Source: Candidatus Bathyarchaeota archaeon (GTDB lineage: Archaea; Thermoproteota; Bathyarchaeia; Bathyarchaeales; Bathycorpusculaceae). From it: a stretch of DNA of 64,000 nucleotides. The position numbers and the translations under genes were made by a program. The notes beneath the pieces are model-generated. The model was not told where the DNA came from. It searched no databases and saw nothing but the letters and a program-made list of their open reading frames with translations. Of this stretch, positions 41,136 to 50,802 are shown piece by piece; the stretch's first letter is position 1; each line of letters starts with the position of its first letter. The stretch is from contig CAVYXJ010000010.1 of the NCBI GenBank assembly GCA_963772455.1, positions 352,001-416,000 of the forward strand, given 5' to 3'.

Positions 41136-41867
41136 ATGGAGCAAAAAACAACCCAAGACTATCTCAAAGCAATCTACGGTCTATCCAAAAATGGCGACTT
41201 GGTTAGCACTAGCGAAATCTCCCAAAAACTTGACGTTGCCCCAGCTAGCGTAACAGAAATGCTAAAAAAACTCTCTCAAGAAGGCTACATAAAATACTCA
41301 CCATACCACGGAAGCACCCTAAGTGAAAAAGGACTCCAAAAAGCCCAAAAAATAGCTCGCAAACATCGTCTTCTCGAAAAATGGCTCTCAGACGTTTTGC
41401 ACATTGGAAAAGACAAAGTTCACAAAGAAGCATGCCAAATGGAACATGCCTTATCAGACGAAGCAGAAGAATCATTGTGCCGTCTTCTAAAACACCCTGA
41501 CACATGCTCAGACGATGGCAAAATTATTCCAGCATGTGACCTACCCTTCTCGAACTGTGAAGAATGCGTTCAACTACACAACCAAGGACTAGAAGAAGTT
41601 GGAAAACGAAACGCAAACTTAACTCCAATCCGCGAATTAAAAGGAGGCAAATACGGCAAAATCAGCTTTATCCGAGGCGAACACAAAATTCTCCAACGAC
41701 TTTTGGACATGGGGCTAACACCTGGAACACAAATAAAAGTAATTAAAGTCGCACCACTCAACGGACCAGTTGAAGTGTCAGTACGAGGATCCAAATTGGC
41801 TTTGGGACAAGATATCGCCTGCAACGTTTTTGTTGAAATTGATCAACCACTCCTAGAAGGAAAATAA
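41136..41867 (+). CDS. DtxR/MntR-family metal-dependent repressor with C-terminal FeoA domain
   Basis: DYLKAIY, ASVTEMLKKL, RKHRLLE, EAC.MEH; FeoA segment RLLDMGLTPG..APLNGP. Confidence 0.92.
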   Translation: MEQKTTQDYLKAIYGLSKNGDLVSTSEISQKLDVAPASVTEMLKKLSQEGYIKYSPYHGSTLSEKGLQKAQKIARKHRLLEKWLSDVLHIGKDKVHKEACQMEHALSDEAEESLCRLLKHPDTCSDDGKIIPACDLPFSNCEECVQLHNQGLEEVGKRNANLTPIRELKGGKYGKISFIRGEHKILQRLLDMGLTPGTQIKVIKVAPLNGPVEVSVRGSKLALGQDIACNVFVEIDQPLLEGK

Positions 41868-41870
41868 TTC

Positions 41871-43853
41871 GTGTCTTGTCATTCTACCTCAAACTCTAAA
41901 GGAAAAACATTCAACGGCAAAAATTGTAAGCCGCTAACTTTTGCGTTGGCAGGTAACGCAAACGTTGGGAAAAGCGTAATATTTAACCGACTTACAGAAT
42001 CAAATCAAATTATTGGCAATTGGCCTGGAAAAACTGTAGACCGCGCTGAAGGAACCTTGAGTTTTGAGGGGCATGAAATAAAAGTTATAGATTTGCCTGG
42101 GATCTACTCTTTTTCAACTTTCTCTTTAGAAGAGTTGGTTTCCCGTGATTATGTTGCATTAGAAAAACCAGATGTAGTCATAAACGTAGTTGATGCTTCC
42201 GTTTTGGAACGAAACCTGTTTTTCACGCTTCAGCTGCTCGAAATGCAGGCGCCTCTTGTTTTATGCTTAAATCAGGTGGACGTTGCTAAGAGTAAAGGTA
42301 TTATTATCAACAAAGAAAAACTCCAAGAAGCTCTTGGAGTTCCAGTTGTTTTTGCGGTAGCTACTCGGGGCGATGGCATCTATGAGTTAGTAAGTCAATC
42401 CGTCAATGTTGCAACTCACAAATTAAAATCCAAACATCTAAAGTACAGGAAAGACCTCGAAGAGAAAATTGAGAAGCTAAGCCAGATAATTGAAAAAGAA
42501 AATCTCCAGCTTCAGTACCCTTCGCGCTGGATCGCAATCAAATTGCTTGAAGGCGATAGTGAAATCACCAAAATCGTCGCTGAAAAATCCGAGATAGTCG
42601 CTGATTCAGCAAAGACTATAACACATGAACTGGAAGAAAGCTGCCAAGAAAAATGCTTCTCTATTATTGCATCTGAAAGATACGCGCTGGCTAGCTCAAT
42701 TGCCGCCTCAGCACTTCAACAAAGTGAAATAAAAAAAACTTTCTCAGACAAACTTGAATGGGTAACAACCCACAGAGTGCTAGGATATTTTACGTCAGTA
42801 GGAGTAATAGCCGGATTGCTACTTTGGACTTTTTTTGTAGGAAATGGGTTATCTATCCTCATTTCTAATGGTTTAAGTCTCATAAAACCAGTAGACCCAG
42901 CTCTATCATTATCTCAACCACTTTTATCAATAATATTGAACGGTGTCTGGGGCGGCTTCAACGCAGGATTAACCTTAATCATCCCATTCGTAATTCCGTT
43001 TTTCTTACTGTTAGCTTTCGTTGAAAATTCGGGCATTTTAACCCGAGTTGCGTTCATGATGGATAGTGCTATGCATAAAATGGGTCTACATGGCAAGGCG
43101 TTAATCCCCATAATTCTTGGGTATGGCTGTAGCGTGCCAGCAATTCAAGCATGCAAAATAATGGAAACTAGACGTGAGCGGTTGTTAGCTGCTTTTGCCA
43201 TAACATTCGCTCCATGCTCCGCAAGGACAATAGTGCTCTTTGGTATGGTGGGATTATTCGTGGGCATTCAATGGGCGCTGCTTCTATACGTTGTTGACAT
43301 AATTCTAATCTTTGGTTTAGGTAGAATCGCCATGAAGGTTGTTCCTGGAAAATCAACTGGCTTAATTATGGAAATGAGCAGTTTCAAGATGCCTTCGCTT
43401 AAAGTGGTGCTAAAACAGACATGGACTAGAACCAAATCGATAATCTACTTAGTCTTCCCCATATACATCGTTGGCAGTGCAATTATCCAGGTTTTGTACT
43501 ATTACAATGTGTTAACGCCTTTTAGTAATGCTTTGTCGCCTTTGACAGTTATGTGGCTTGGTTTACCTGTTGAGGCAGGAGTTTTGCTCATTCTTGGTAT
43601 TGTACGTAAAGAATTCGTTTTGTTAGGAGCTATTGCGATTTTTGGCACATCCAATTTGGCGCTTCACTTCTCTTCCGTACAGCTTGTAGTAATGGCGTTG
43701 GTTGCAATGCTTTACATCCCGTGTTTATCAACTGTGGCAATTCTTGGAAAAGAGTTCGGCTGGAAAGCAACTACGATTATTTCATTAGCTAACGTAGCTG
43801 CTGCTTTGGTTATCGGGGGTTTAGCCTTTAGGCTTTTGAGTCTTTTCATATAA
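41871..43853 (+). CDS. feoB: Ferrous iron transport protein B
   Basis: [37 protein letters not shown]. Confidence 0.96.
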   Translation: MSCHSTSNSKGKTFNGKNCKPLTFALAGNANVGKSVIFNRLTESNQIIGNWPGKTVDRAEGTLSFEGHEIKVIDLPGIYSFSTFSLEELVSRDYVALEKPDVVINVVDASVLERNLFFTLQLLEMQAPLVLCLNQVDVAKSKGIIINKEKLQEALGVPVVFAVATRGDGIYELVSQSVNVATHKLKSKHLKYRKDLEEKIEKLSQIIEKENLQLQYPSRWIAIKLLEGDSEITKIVAEKSEIVADSAKTITHELEESCQEKCFSIIASERYALASSIAASALQQSEIKKTFSDKLEWVTTHRVLGYFTSVGVIAGLLLWTFFVGNGLSILISNGLSLIKPVDPALSLSQPLLSIILNGVWGGFNAGLTLIIPFVIPFFLLLAFVENSGILTRVAFMMDSAMHKMGLHGKALIPIILGYGCSVPAIQACKIMETRRERLLAAFAITFAPCSARTIVLFGMVGLFVGIQWALLLYVVDIILIFGLGRIAMKVVPGKSTGLIMEMSSFKMPSLKVVLKQTWTRTKSIIYLVFPIYIVGSAIIQVLYYYNVLTPFSNALSPLTVMWLGLPVEAGVLLILGIVRKEFVLLGAIAIFGTSNLALHFSSVQLVVMALVAMLYIPCLSTVAILGKEFGWKATTIISLANVAAALVIGGLAFRLLSLFI

Positions 43854-43936
43854 GATATTAAAAATGTAAATTAACAGGTAAACTATTTCTCCTGAAAGGA
43901 AAATAAACCCCATATGCCTGATTTGGAAGTTAAGTT

Positions 43937-44050
43937 ATGTCTGCTCCGAATTGTCCATGCCCAAAAAAAGAATGTCCGCATCACAGTAAATGCGAAGAAT
44001 GCGTTCCTCACCACAAAGAAAGAAATGAATTGCCTTACTGCGCAAGGTAG
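43937..44050 (+). CDS. 37-aa Cys/His-rich microprotein
   Basis: MSAPNCPCPKKECPHHSKCEECVPHHKERNELPYCAR*. Confidence 0.7.
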   Translation: MSAPNCPCPKKECPHHSKCEECVPHHKERNELPYCAR

Positions 44051-44058
44051 CAAGTCTT

Positions 44059-44319
44059 ATGGCTAAAGATGCAGAAAAAGATTACAAACAAAAAAGGAGA
44101 AACGTCCAGGTTTATTTTTGGAATATCGTTGGTGTAGTTGAGCACATTTCATTGCCTAAACTTAAGGATGCTATCAAAAAAGAGTTCAAATGCAGTGATG
44201 AACGTTTTGTTCAAGCTCAACTTACGCTTATGCAAACAGAATCAATGATAAAAGTCCAAAATAGAGTTAAAGTATGGATAAATCAACCCGACACTTCTAA
44301 AAATAAAACTCTAACTTGA
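44059..44319 (+). CDS. Hypothetical protein (possible winged helix)
   Basis: Clean ATG ORF starting 8 nt after the microprotein. Confidence 0.6.
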   Translation: MAKDAEKDYKQKRRNVQVYFWNIVGVVEHISLPKLKDAIKKEFKCSDERFVQAQLTLMQTESMIKVQNRVKVWINQPDTSKNKTLT

Positions 44320-44339
44320 AAAAATTGAGAGCCGTAAAG

Positions 44340-44579
44340 TTATTGGATTATTTCGCCTACTGCTAACTTTTGGCCTACTTGAACAATTTTAACTTTCACC
44401 AGATCTCGAGGCTTTGCTTTTGGAACCTGAATGATATATCCCCGAATATTAGACATGCCATCCCCATTTGGACATAAACCATTAATATTTACATCTAATT
44501 CTTCTCCCAACTCAACGGGGGGCTTCTTTTCAACATGTTTGATTTTAAATTGTCCGCCTTTTACTCTTCTATGGACCAT
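44340..44579 (-). CDS. Stand-alone TRAM-domain RNA-binding protein
   Basis: PPVELGE, GDG...I.GY.I.VP...D.VKVKI. Confidence 0.85.
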   Translation of the reverse strand: MVHRRVKGGQFKIKHVEKKPPVELGEELDVNINGLCPNGDGMSNIRGYIIQVPKAKPRDLVKVKIVQVGQKLAVGEIIQ

Positions 44580-44786
44580 TACAAAACCTTTCCATTATTC
44601 CATTTTTAATTAGAGCGATAAGCGCTTAAGTCTTCCGTAAGCAACCATTGATTTTTAGGGAGTTTGGATGTTCTTTTTACAATAAAATAATAATTATTGA
44701 AGAAACTTACCTTGAAAACACTTAAATCAGAAAAGAAAGGCAAAACTTCTATATGTCAGGTGTAAGTTTGAATAGCACAGATCGAT

Positions 44787-44966
44787 ATGAACCCAGATAA
44801 TTATAAGTCGATAAGAAACAAGCCAAAACGAAACAGTCCAATCAGCAGATCTAAAGCCCGAATGCTCGCTAAACCAACGCTAGCTCCCGCTACTCAAAAA
44901 CTGCGCGATAACTACAAAACTAGAACTGAATGGGCAACCAAGATACTTCCTAAACTAAAAGAATAA
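44787..44966 (+). CDS. 59-aa basic hypothetical microprotein
   Basis: MNPDNYKSIRNKPKRNSP...KILPKLKE*; just under the 60-aa cutoff. Confidence 0.5.
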   Translation: MNPDNYKSIRNKPKRNSPISRSKARMLAKPTLAPATQKLRDNYKTRTEWATKILPKLKE

Positions 44967-45107
44967 TCTTAAAAGTTTTGGTTTCTAAACTTTATTTCTA
45001 ATTAATTGATTTCTGCAATAGCTATGTTGGGCTATGCTTCAAAATAGATAGTACAACAGTAACTTTTATAATGAATAATTTTCTTCAAGAATGGAAAGTG
45101 AAGTTAT

Positions 45108-45341
45108 ATGACTGAATCAATCCAAAAAAGAGTTCAGGAAGCCCTTAATGAAATAAGACCGCAAATCCAAGCTGATGGCGGAGATGTAGAACTTGTATCA
45201 ATTGAAAAACAAACTGTTAAAGTTCGCTTGACTGGACATTGTGCAGGTTGTCCGATGGCGGCGATGACTCTTAAAAACGGCGTAGAAGCACTTATCAAAC
45301 AAAGGGTTCCAGAGATACAAAAAGTTGAATCGGTACAATAA
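45108..45341 (+). CDS. NifU/NfuA-type Fe-S carrier
   Basis: IRPQIQADGGDVEL, GHCAGCP. Confidence 0.92.
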   Translation: MTESIQKRVQEALNEIRPQIQADGGDVELVSIEKQTVKVRLTGHCAGCPMAAMTLKNGVEALIKQRVPEIQKVESVQ

Positions 45342-45481
45342 TTAACACCCAATTTGTTTCTCTTCTATTTCTTGTTTATTTTTAAGATTTGGTATTTAAG
45401 AGATAAAAAGTATAATAAAATTTTAAATATGAATTCTGTTTTCATAAAGCATTAGAATAAGAAATTCCTTTTCTCATTAAC

Positions 45482-45551
45482 TGGGTTCAGAGAGAACTGC
45501 ATTTGATGGTTCGCCATCACCCTTTGCATCTTCGCCAAAACTCTGGGCCCA
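45482..45551 (+). ncRNA. Putative structured ncRNA hairpin
   Basis: TGGGTTCAGAG/CTCTGGGCCCA, TGCA/TGCA, TGATGG-TTCG-CCATCA. Confidence 0.45.
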
Positions 45552-45699
45552 AGCTTGCTTACTACCTATTTTTTCAAGAAATTCAAAAATGGCTTATTTT
45601 TCTTTTCATGAAAGTGGAAGTTTTTCCATATAATAACTCAAATGGTTTAGAACACGATTACAAGGAAAACAATGTCGATTTACTAAAATAGAAATATCA

Positions 45700-45777
45700 T
45701 GGTGGGGCTCCCCGGATTTGAACCGGAGTCTATAGAGCCCAAGTCTACAAGCCTAGACCAAGCTAGCCGAGAGCCCC
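45700..45777 (-). tRNA. tRNA-Pro(TGG); CCA encoded
   Basis: GGGGCTC/GAGCCCC acceptor, GTAGA-CTTGGGC-TCTAT anticodon arm, TTCAAAT T-loop. Confidence 0.93.
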
Positions 45778-45916
45778 ACTGTGGTGCAGAGAACATAATT
45801 TCGCAAGAACCATAAAAACCTTAGCTACCCTTCCGAAGATTTTGAAGTTTTAGAGCTATCTTGACTATCTGCATGCCAGAAAGCGCTTTAAAGCAAAATG
45901 TGCATAGCTGTAGGCA

Positions 45917-46495
45917 GTGACTGATTTGCCAAGAGAATTTATTCTTTTTTCTCGTATAGGACAAACTGACTCAAATTTCCGCAGTCTCCACGATGCTGGG
46001 AGACTTGACATCGTACACGAATGCATAGTTAGCAGTCTCTTTCTCTCTCATGGTTTGCGCAGGGACGTTACTTTTCATGCTATACTTAATGGTCCACCAA
46101 CCCCTCCTGTTCACATTCAAATCGACGGAGAAACCCTCTACGATGTGAGAACAGATATGGACACTTGGCAAGCAATCCTCAAAAAAACCTTACAGGGCAA
46201 ACAGCATCCAGGCATCACAAAAGACAAGACAAGTTTTGAAGCCCTTGTGAAAACAAGAGCTCAAACCCGCAAAATATATGTTTTAGAAGAAGACGGAAGA
46301 GACCTGAGTGAAGTTGAACTCGAAGAAAATAGCCTATTTATCCTGGGCGACCACGTTGGGTTACCAAAAAAAGCCGAAATCTTTGCACAGCGGTTTGGAG
46401 AAAAAATCAGCCTTGGAAAAAAACCCTATTTAGCGGCTTCATGCATCACAATAATCAACTATACCCTTGACAAACAAACTAAAGTCAGCTCTTAA
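45917..46495 (+). CDS. trmY: tRNA (pseudouridine54-N1)-methyltransferase
   Basis: GRLDIV, LFLSHGLRRD, SPOUT knot FILGDHVG, ISLG..YLAASCI. Confidence 0.9.
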   Translation: MTDLPREFILFSRIGQTDSNFRSLHDAGRLDIVHECIVSSLFLSHGLRRDVTFHAILNGPPTPPVHIQIDGETLYDVRTDMDTWQAILKKTLQGKQHPGITKDKTSFEALVKTRAQTRKIYVLEEDGRDLSEVELEENSLFILGDHVGLPKKAEIFAQRFGEKISLGKKPYLAASCITIINYTLDKQTKVSS

Positions 46496-47486
46496 AATGC
46501 TCCCAGCCACGCGCCTCAATAAGTTTTTCCTCGCCATTAGCTCTGAGAATAATTTGCTTTTCATGAGTAGCTTTTCCAATAGGCAAAAGTTGTCCACCAA
46601 CTGCTTCAACTGCAGCTAAGGCTGTTGCCCAACCTTCGGGCTTAACCGTTAAAACCAACTCATATTCTTCGCCGCCATAAAGCGCCAAATCAGACGGATC
46701 AAGATTGTTTAGCTTTGCAAACTTCTTCACTTCAGGAGCAACAGGAATCTTATCTAATTCAAAACCCACGTTACTCGAGTGAGCGAGTTCATGAAGAGTC
46801 CAAGCTAATCCGTCGCTGGAATCCATCGAAGATGAAACCACACCACATCTCCCTAACGTCAAACCCTCCAACAGCTTAGCATTTGGAATTAAGACTGAAT
46901 CCACAAACGTTTTTGTATTCTTTGAAACTAAACAGCCGCCAAGCAGCATACGCAACCCAGCAGCTGATTTGCCGAAAAACCCTGTAACTGCCAAAACATC
47001 ACCCGCCTTTGCGCTACTGCGTAGCATCAATGCTGATTTATTTGCTGTCCCATAAAGTGAGACAGAAATGATCAGGTCAGAAGCTTCACTTGTGTCGCCA
47101 CCGATGATGTAAGCACCATATTCTCGAGCTCCAGAATTTAGGCCGTTAGCGATTTCTTCAATATTTTTTTGAGTAAAGTCTGCAGGTAATCCTAATGCAA
47201 CTAGGGCTGCTATTGGCTGGACACCTTTTGAAGCAAAATCGCTTATGTTCATTACTAATGCTTTTCTTGCAGCTTGAAAAAGAGTCATTTCTTGGGGAAC
47301 GTCCGTTTTTCCTACAAGCATATCAGTTTTAAGAACGGCGACCTGTTTTTGATCAAGGGTCACTGCTGAAACATCATCTCCGAATGGAACCGGAATGTTA
47401 GGAAGCGGGGTAAGGTGGGATTGAATAATTTGAATTATTCTATGTTCACCCAAAATTTTAGCTGTCGAATTTCTGGCAGTATTCAT
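46485..47486 (-). CDS. thiL: Thiamine-monophosphate kinase
   Basis: GDD, NISDFASKG, IGGDT, MDSSDGL, GGEEYEL. Confidence 0.93.
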   Translation of the reverse strand: MNTARNSTAKILGEHRIIQIIQSHLTPLPNIPVPFGDDVSAVTLDQKQVAVLKTDMLVGKTDVPQEMTLFQAARKALVMNISDFASKGVQPIAALVALGLPADFTQKNIEEIANGLNSGAREYGAYIIGGDTSEASDLIISVSLYGTANKSALMLRSSAKAGDVLAVTGFFGKSAAGLRMLLGGCLVSKNTKTFVDSVLIPNAKLLEGLTLGRCGVVSSSMDSSDGLAWTLHELAHSSNVGFELDKIPVAPEVKKFAKLNNLDPSDLALYGGEEYELVLTVKPEGWATALAAVEAVGGQLLPIGKATHEKQIILRANGEEKLIEARGWEHFKS

Positions 47487-47585
47487 TTGATATGCACTCC
47501 AGTTTTGAATGATTGTTTATTGCTTTTAAGGTTGAGGTTTGTGAAACTTTAAAAATTGGTACCGTGTTGTTTAGCGTTTAATGGT

Positions 47586-47659
47586 GCCTCGATAGCTCAG
47601 CCCAGTAGAGCGGCTGCCTCGTAAGCAGCAGGCCGCGGGAGCAAGGCCCGCTCGAGGCT
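47586..47659 (+). tRNA. tRNA-Thr(CGT) with non-canonical D/T loops; CCA not encoded
   Basis: GCCTCGA/TCGAGGC, GCTC/GAGC, GCTGC-CTCGTAA-GCAGC, GCGGG-AGCAAGG-CCCGC, U73. Confidence 0.9.
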
Positions 47660-47763
47660 TTTGGCTTTTTGTGTAGCTGTGTTGTGCAAATGAACGTTTA
47701 CTGTGCTCTGCGGATATGTTTATTAAATATTGCGACACCCATGTTTCCTAAGGTGAATGGCAA

Positions 47764-48099
47764 ATGCGCCTTTTTTCACACAGTTCAGACGAAAAACTAC
47801 AATGCCCCTACAAGGGGTGCGAAAAACACTTCGATCGTCCAACGATGATTACAGATGACTCTGTTATTCCTCGCCAAACACATTATGCATGTCCATTCTG
47901 TATGTCACGATTAGAATTAGATACAGCTAAACAAAAGATCGTAGGCGTCCGGGCAACCGAGTATCCAATGGTTTTTGATTCACCTGCTAAATGTGCGCAT
48001 TTTAATGGACTTTTGAACGCGCCTCCTGGAAGCATGTCAACTCTGGATGAATGTTTAATTTGTCCTAAAGTGTTGCAATGCAATAACCGCAAAAAATAG
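47764..48099 (+). CDS. Cys-rich hypothetical (zinc-binding) protein
   Basis: CPYKGC, CPFC, CAH, CLIC...C; GGTGA SD-like motif upstream. Confidence 0.7.
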   Translation: MRLFSHSSDEKLQCPYKGCEKHFDRPTMITDDSVIPRQTHYACPFCMSRLELDTAKQKIVGVRATEYPMVFDSPAKCAHFNGLLNAPPGSMSTLDECLICPKVLQCNNRKK

Positions 48100-48195
48100 A
48101 TATTTAATTTTTTTAAATTCGTATGCACTAAAAAAGTTTGTAAGATACTGCTTATTGGACTAAACCATAAAAAGTCGACTCATAATCTTTTTTTT

Positions 48196-48260
48196 GGGTC
48201 AGCGTTGATTGACGATCTCTCAAAGCTTTAGGCTCAAAGCCGTCGCCTTACATCATCCCC
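48196..48260 (-). ncRNA. C/D-box methylation guide sRNA
   Basis: GGG terminal stem, C box ATGATGT, guide AAGGCGACGGCT, D' TTGA, degenerate C' TTGAGA, guide TCGTCAATCAACG, D box CTGA, then CCC. Confidence 0.72.
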
Positions 48261-48627
48261 AACTAAACGATGTTTGTGCAGATTTATCTATTTTGATTAA
48301 GACGATTGAAAAACTAAAAAAGGAAAAAATCGTGTGAATTATTGGTTTAGGCAATCAGCTGATTAACGAAGTTTTGTGCTAGGCATCAAGTCTTCACTAC
48401 TTCCAATTTGACAACGATAGCCTTTTACAATCTAGGATCTGAACGGGGTAGCCTGGATAGTTTAATTTGAGTTCAAAAATCCAAAAATTTAGTAGGAAAA
48501 TTGAAGCAAAAACAATGTATTCCTCAATCTGCTTGGGCAAATTTAACGTCATTTGACGAATCTAAACCCTTAAACCACTCCAAGGATAGGGTAACATATA
48601 CGGCTTATTTGAGAGGTGAAAAAGGAC

Positions 48628-48696
48628 ATGATATTCGAAGAAGAAGATGAATGGGAAGAAAGCGAAGACGAGGAATGGGAAGAAGAAGAATGGTAA
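48628..48696 (+). CDS. 22-aa acidic Glu/Trp microprotein
   Basis: MIFEEEDEWEESEDEEWEEEEW*, preceded by a GAGGTGA Shine-Dalgarno. Confidence 0.65.
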   Translation: MIFEEEDEWEESEDEEWEEEEW

Positions 48697-48984
48697 GTTG
48701 AACCATAAACCACAATTTTGTATATCTTTCTTTTAAGCATAATTTTCGAATGGCTTGAGTTAATTTCTATTAATCGTGTTTGATGATGAGAAGTTGCAAC
48801 TTATCTTTTCGAATGTTTTCAAAAACTGTGGAAATAAACCCGATTAAAAAACCAGCTAAACCTAAAAAATACTAACACAAACAAGATTTTTATTCAAAAT
48901 AATGTTGTCCACTTAAACTCAACTTTTATCGTTCAAGGTTTACATTTATAACTATCTTGTTGGCATCATTTAACGACGCTTACA

Positions 48985-50802
48985 ATGACCCGAATCGCAG
49001 TATTAAATGAAGATAAATGCAAAGTCAAGAAATGCAATTCGTTATGTGTTAGCTTCTGCCCTATGGTGCGAAGCAAAGTTGAGGCTATTAGAGTTGAAGG
49101 AAGCAAAGCTATCATTGCAGAAACTCTTTGCAGCGGCTGCGGGATATGTGTCAAAAAATGTCCTTTCAAAGCCATCAGCATTGTCAATTTACCCAACGAG
49201 CTTGAAAAAGACTGCAGCCACAGATTCAGCGAAAACAGCTTCAAACTTTTCCGTCTACCCATGCCTTCACCTGGAACCGTTTTAGGATTGCTGGGTCAAA
49301 ACGGGATAGGCAAAAGCACTACACTTAAGGTTTTTTCAGGCGAAATCAAACCCAACCTCGGCAGATTCGATAACCCCCCAGATTGGGCAGAAATTATTCA
49401 ATATTATCGGGGTTCAAGCCTTCAGGACTATTTTTCAAAGTTAAGTGAGAAAAAACTTAAAGTCAGCAGCAAACCCCAATACGTCGACAAGATTCCTAAA
49501 GCAATAACTGGCAAAGCTGGTGACCTTTTAGAAAAAGTTGATGAGAGAAAACAACTTGATTCTATTGCTGAAGAGCTTGAGCTCAAGAAGATATGGGATA
49601 GACCCCTTGATGTCCTTAGTGGTGGAGAACTTCAGCGGGTTGCAGTTGCAGCTGCGCTTAGTAGAGACTCAGATGTTTACCTATTCGATGAGCCATCAAG
49701 CTACTTAGATGTTAAGCAAAGGCTTGTAGTTGCAAGAGCTATCCGCAGCCTCAAAGAACAGCAGAAAACAATAGTTGTAGCAGAACACGACTTGGCCATA
49801 ATCGACTATTTATCTGATCAAATCTGCGTTTTCTACGGTGAACCAGGAGTATACGGCGTCGTTTCGCACACTCATGGCGTACGCACAGGAATCAACATTT
49901 ACCTGCAAGGATACATCCCAGACGAAAACATCAAGTTCAGAAAAGAACCCATAATCTTCCATGAAAAACCGCCATCCACAGGCGAAATGATTGGTGAACC
50001 ACTGCTTAAATGGGAAAAAATGGAGAAGACCTTCAAAGGATTCAAACTTACCATTGAACCAGGCGAAATACGCACTGGAGAAATCGTGGGTATCCTTGGA
50101 CCAAACGGAATCGGAAAAACCACCTTTGTAAAGATTTTAGCTGGCGTAGAAGAAGCGGATGAGAAACAAAAGCTTGGAAAATTAACTGTCAGTTACAAAC
50201 CTCAGTATATTGCACCAGACTACGAAGGCACTGTTCAAGAATTGCTCATGAATGTAGCTAAAGAAAACTTTACCTCTAGCTGGTATAAGACCGAAATTGC
50301 CCAACCACTTCGGCTCCAAGTTTTAATGGACCGCAACGTTATGGAACTTAGTGGTGGAGAACTCCAAAAAGTCGCCATCGCCGCATGTCTAAGTCGCAAA
50401 ACCGACATGTTCCTTCTCGACGAGCCAAGCGCGTATCTTGATGTTGAAGAGCGTCTTAATATAGCCAAAACCATTCGACGCGTAGTCGAAGCCCACGGCA
50501 CCCCAGCCTTCGTAGTTGAACACGATGTAGTAACCCAAGATTTCATTGCAGACAGACTAATGATCTTCAACGGTGATCCAGGTGTCACTGGGTTAGCTCA
50601 TCCACCAACTAGCTTAAGGCAAGGAATGAATACGTTCCTCAAAGAAATGGACATAACCTTCCGACGTGATTCGCTCACTTTCAGACCCAGAGTTAACAAA
50701 GAAGATTCACAAATGGACAAATTCCAGAAAGAAATTGGCGAATACTACTACACCAAAACCACTAAGCCAGAAAAAGAAAAACAAGGACCAACTAAAAAAT
50801 AA
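48985..50802 (+). CDS. rli: Ribosome recycling ATPase ABCE1 (Rli1)
   Basis: N-terminal Fe-S domain (CKVKKC..C...CP, CSGCGICVKKCP) and two ABC domains with LSGGELQ. Confidence 0.97.
   Translation: MTRIAVLNEDKCKVKKCNSLCVSFCPMVRSKVEAIRVEGSKAIIAETLCSGCGICVKKCPFKAISIVNLPNELEKDCSHRFSENSFKLFRLPMPSPGTVLGLLGQNGIGKSTTLKVFSGEIKPNLGRFDNPPDWAEIIQYYRGSSLQDYFSKLSEKKLKVSSKPQYVDKIPKAITGKAGDLLEKVDERKQLDSIAEELELKKIWDRPLDVLSGGELQRVAVAAALSRDSDVYLFDEPSSYLDVKQRLVVARAIRSLKEQQKTIVVAEHDLAIIDYLSDQICVFYGEPGVYGVVSHTHGVRTGINIYLQGYIPDENIKFRKEPIIFHEKPPSTGEMIGEPLLKWEKMEKTFKGFKLTIEPGEIRTGEIVGILGPNGIGKTTFVKILAGVEEADEKQKLGKLTVSYKPQYIAPDYEGTVQELLMNVAKENFTSSWYKTEIAQPLRLQVLMDRNVMELSGGELQKVAIAACLSRKTDMFLLDEPSAYLDVEERLNIAKTIRRVVEAHGTPAFVVEHDVVTQDFIADRLMIFNGDPGVTGLAHPPTSLRQGMNTFLKEMDITFRRDSLTFRPRVNKEDSQMDKFQKEIGEYYYTKTTKPEKEKQGPTKK

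Noticed and set aside
45503-45520. GATGGTTCGCC resembling a fluoride riboswitch core
   Set aside because: It lacks the GGCGATGG 5' stem and pseudoknot, and there is no downstream fluoride-related gene; treated only as part of a hairpin.
48350-48405. Possible second C/D sRNA on the minus strand (GTGAAGA...CTGA)
   Set aside because: Spacing is short, there are no D'/C' boxes or recognisable target, and the CTGA is part of a simple palindrome AATCAGCTGATT.
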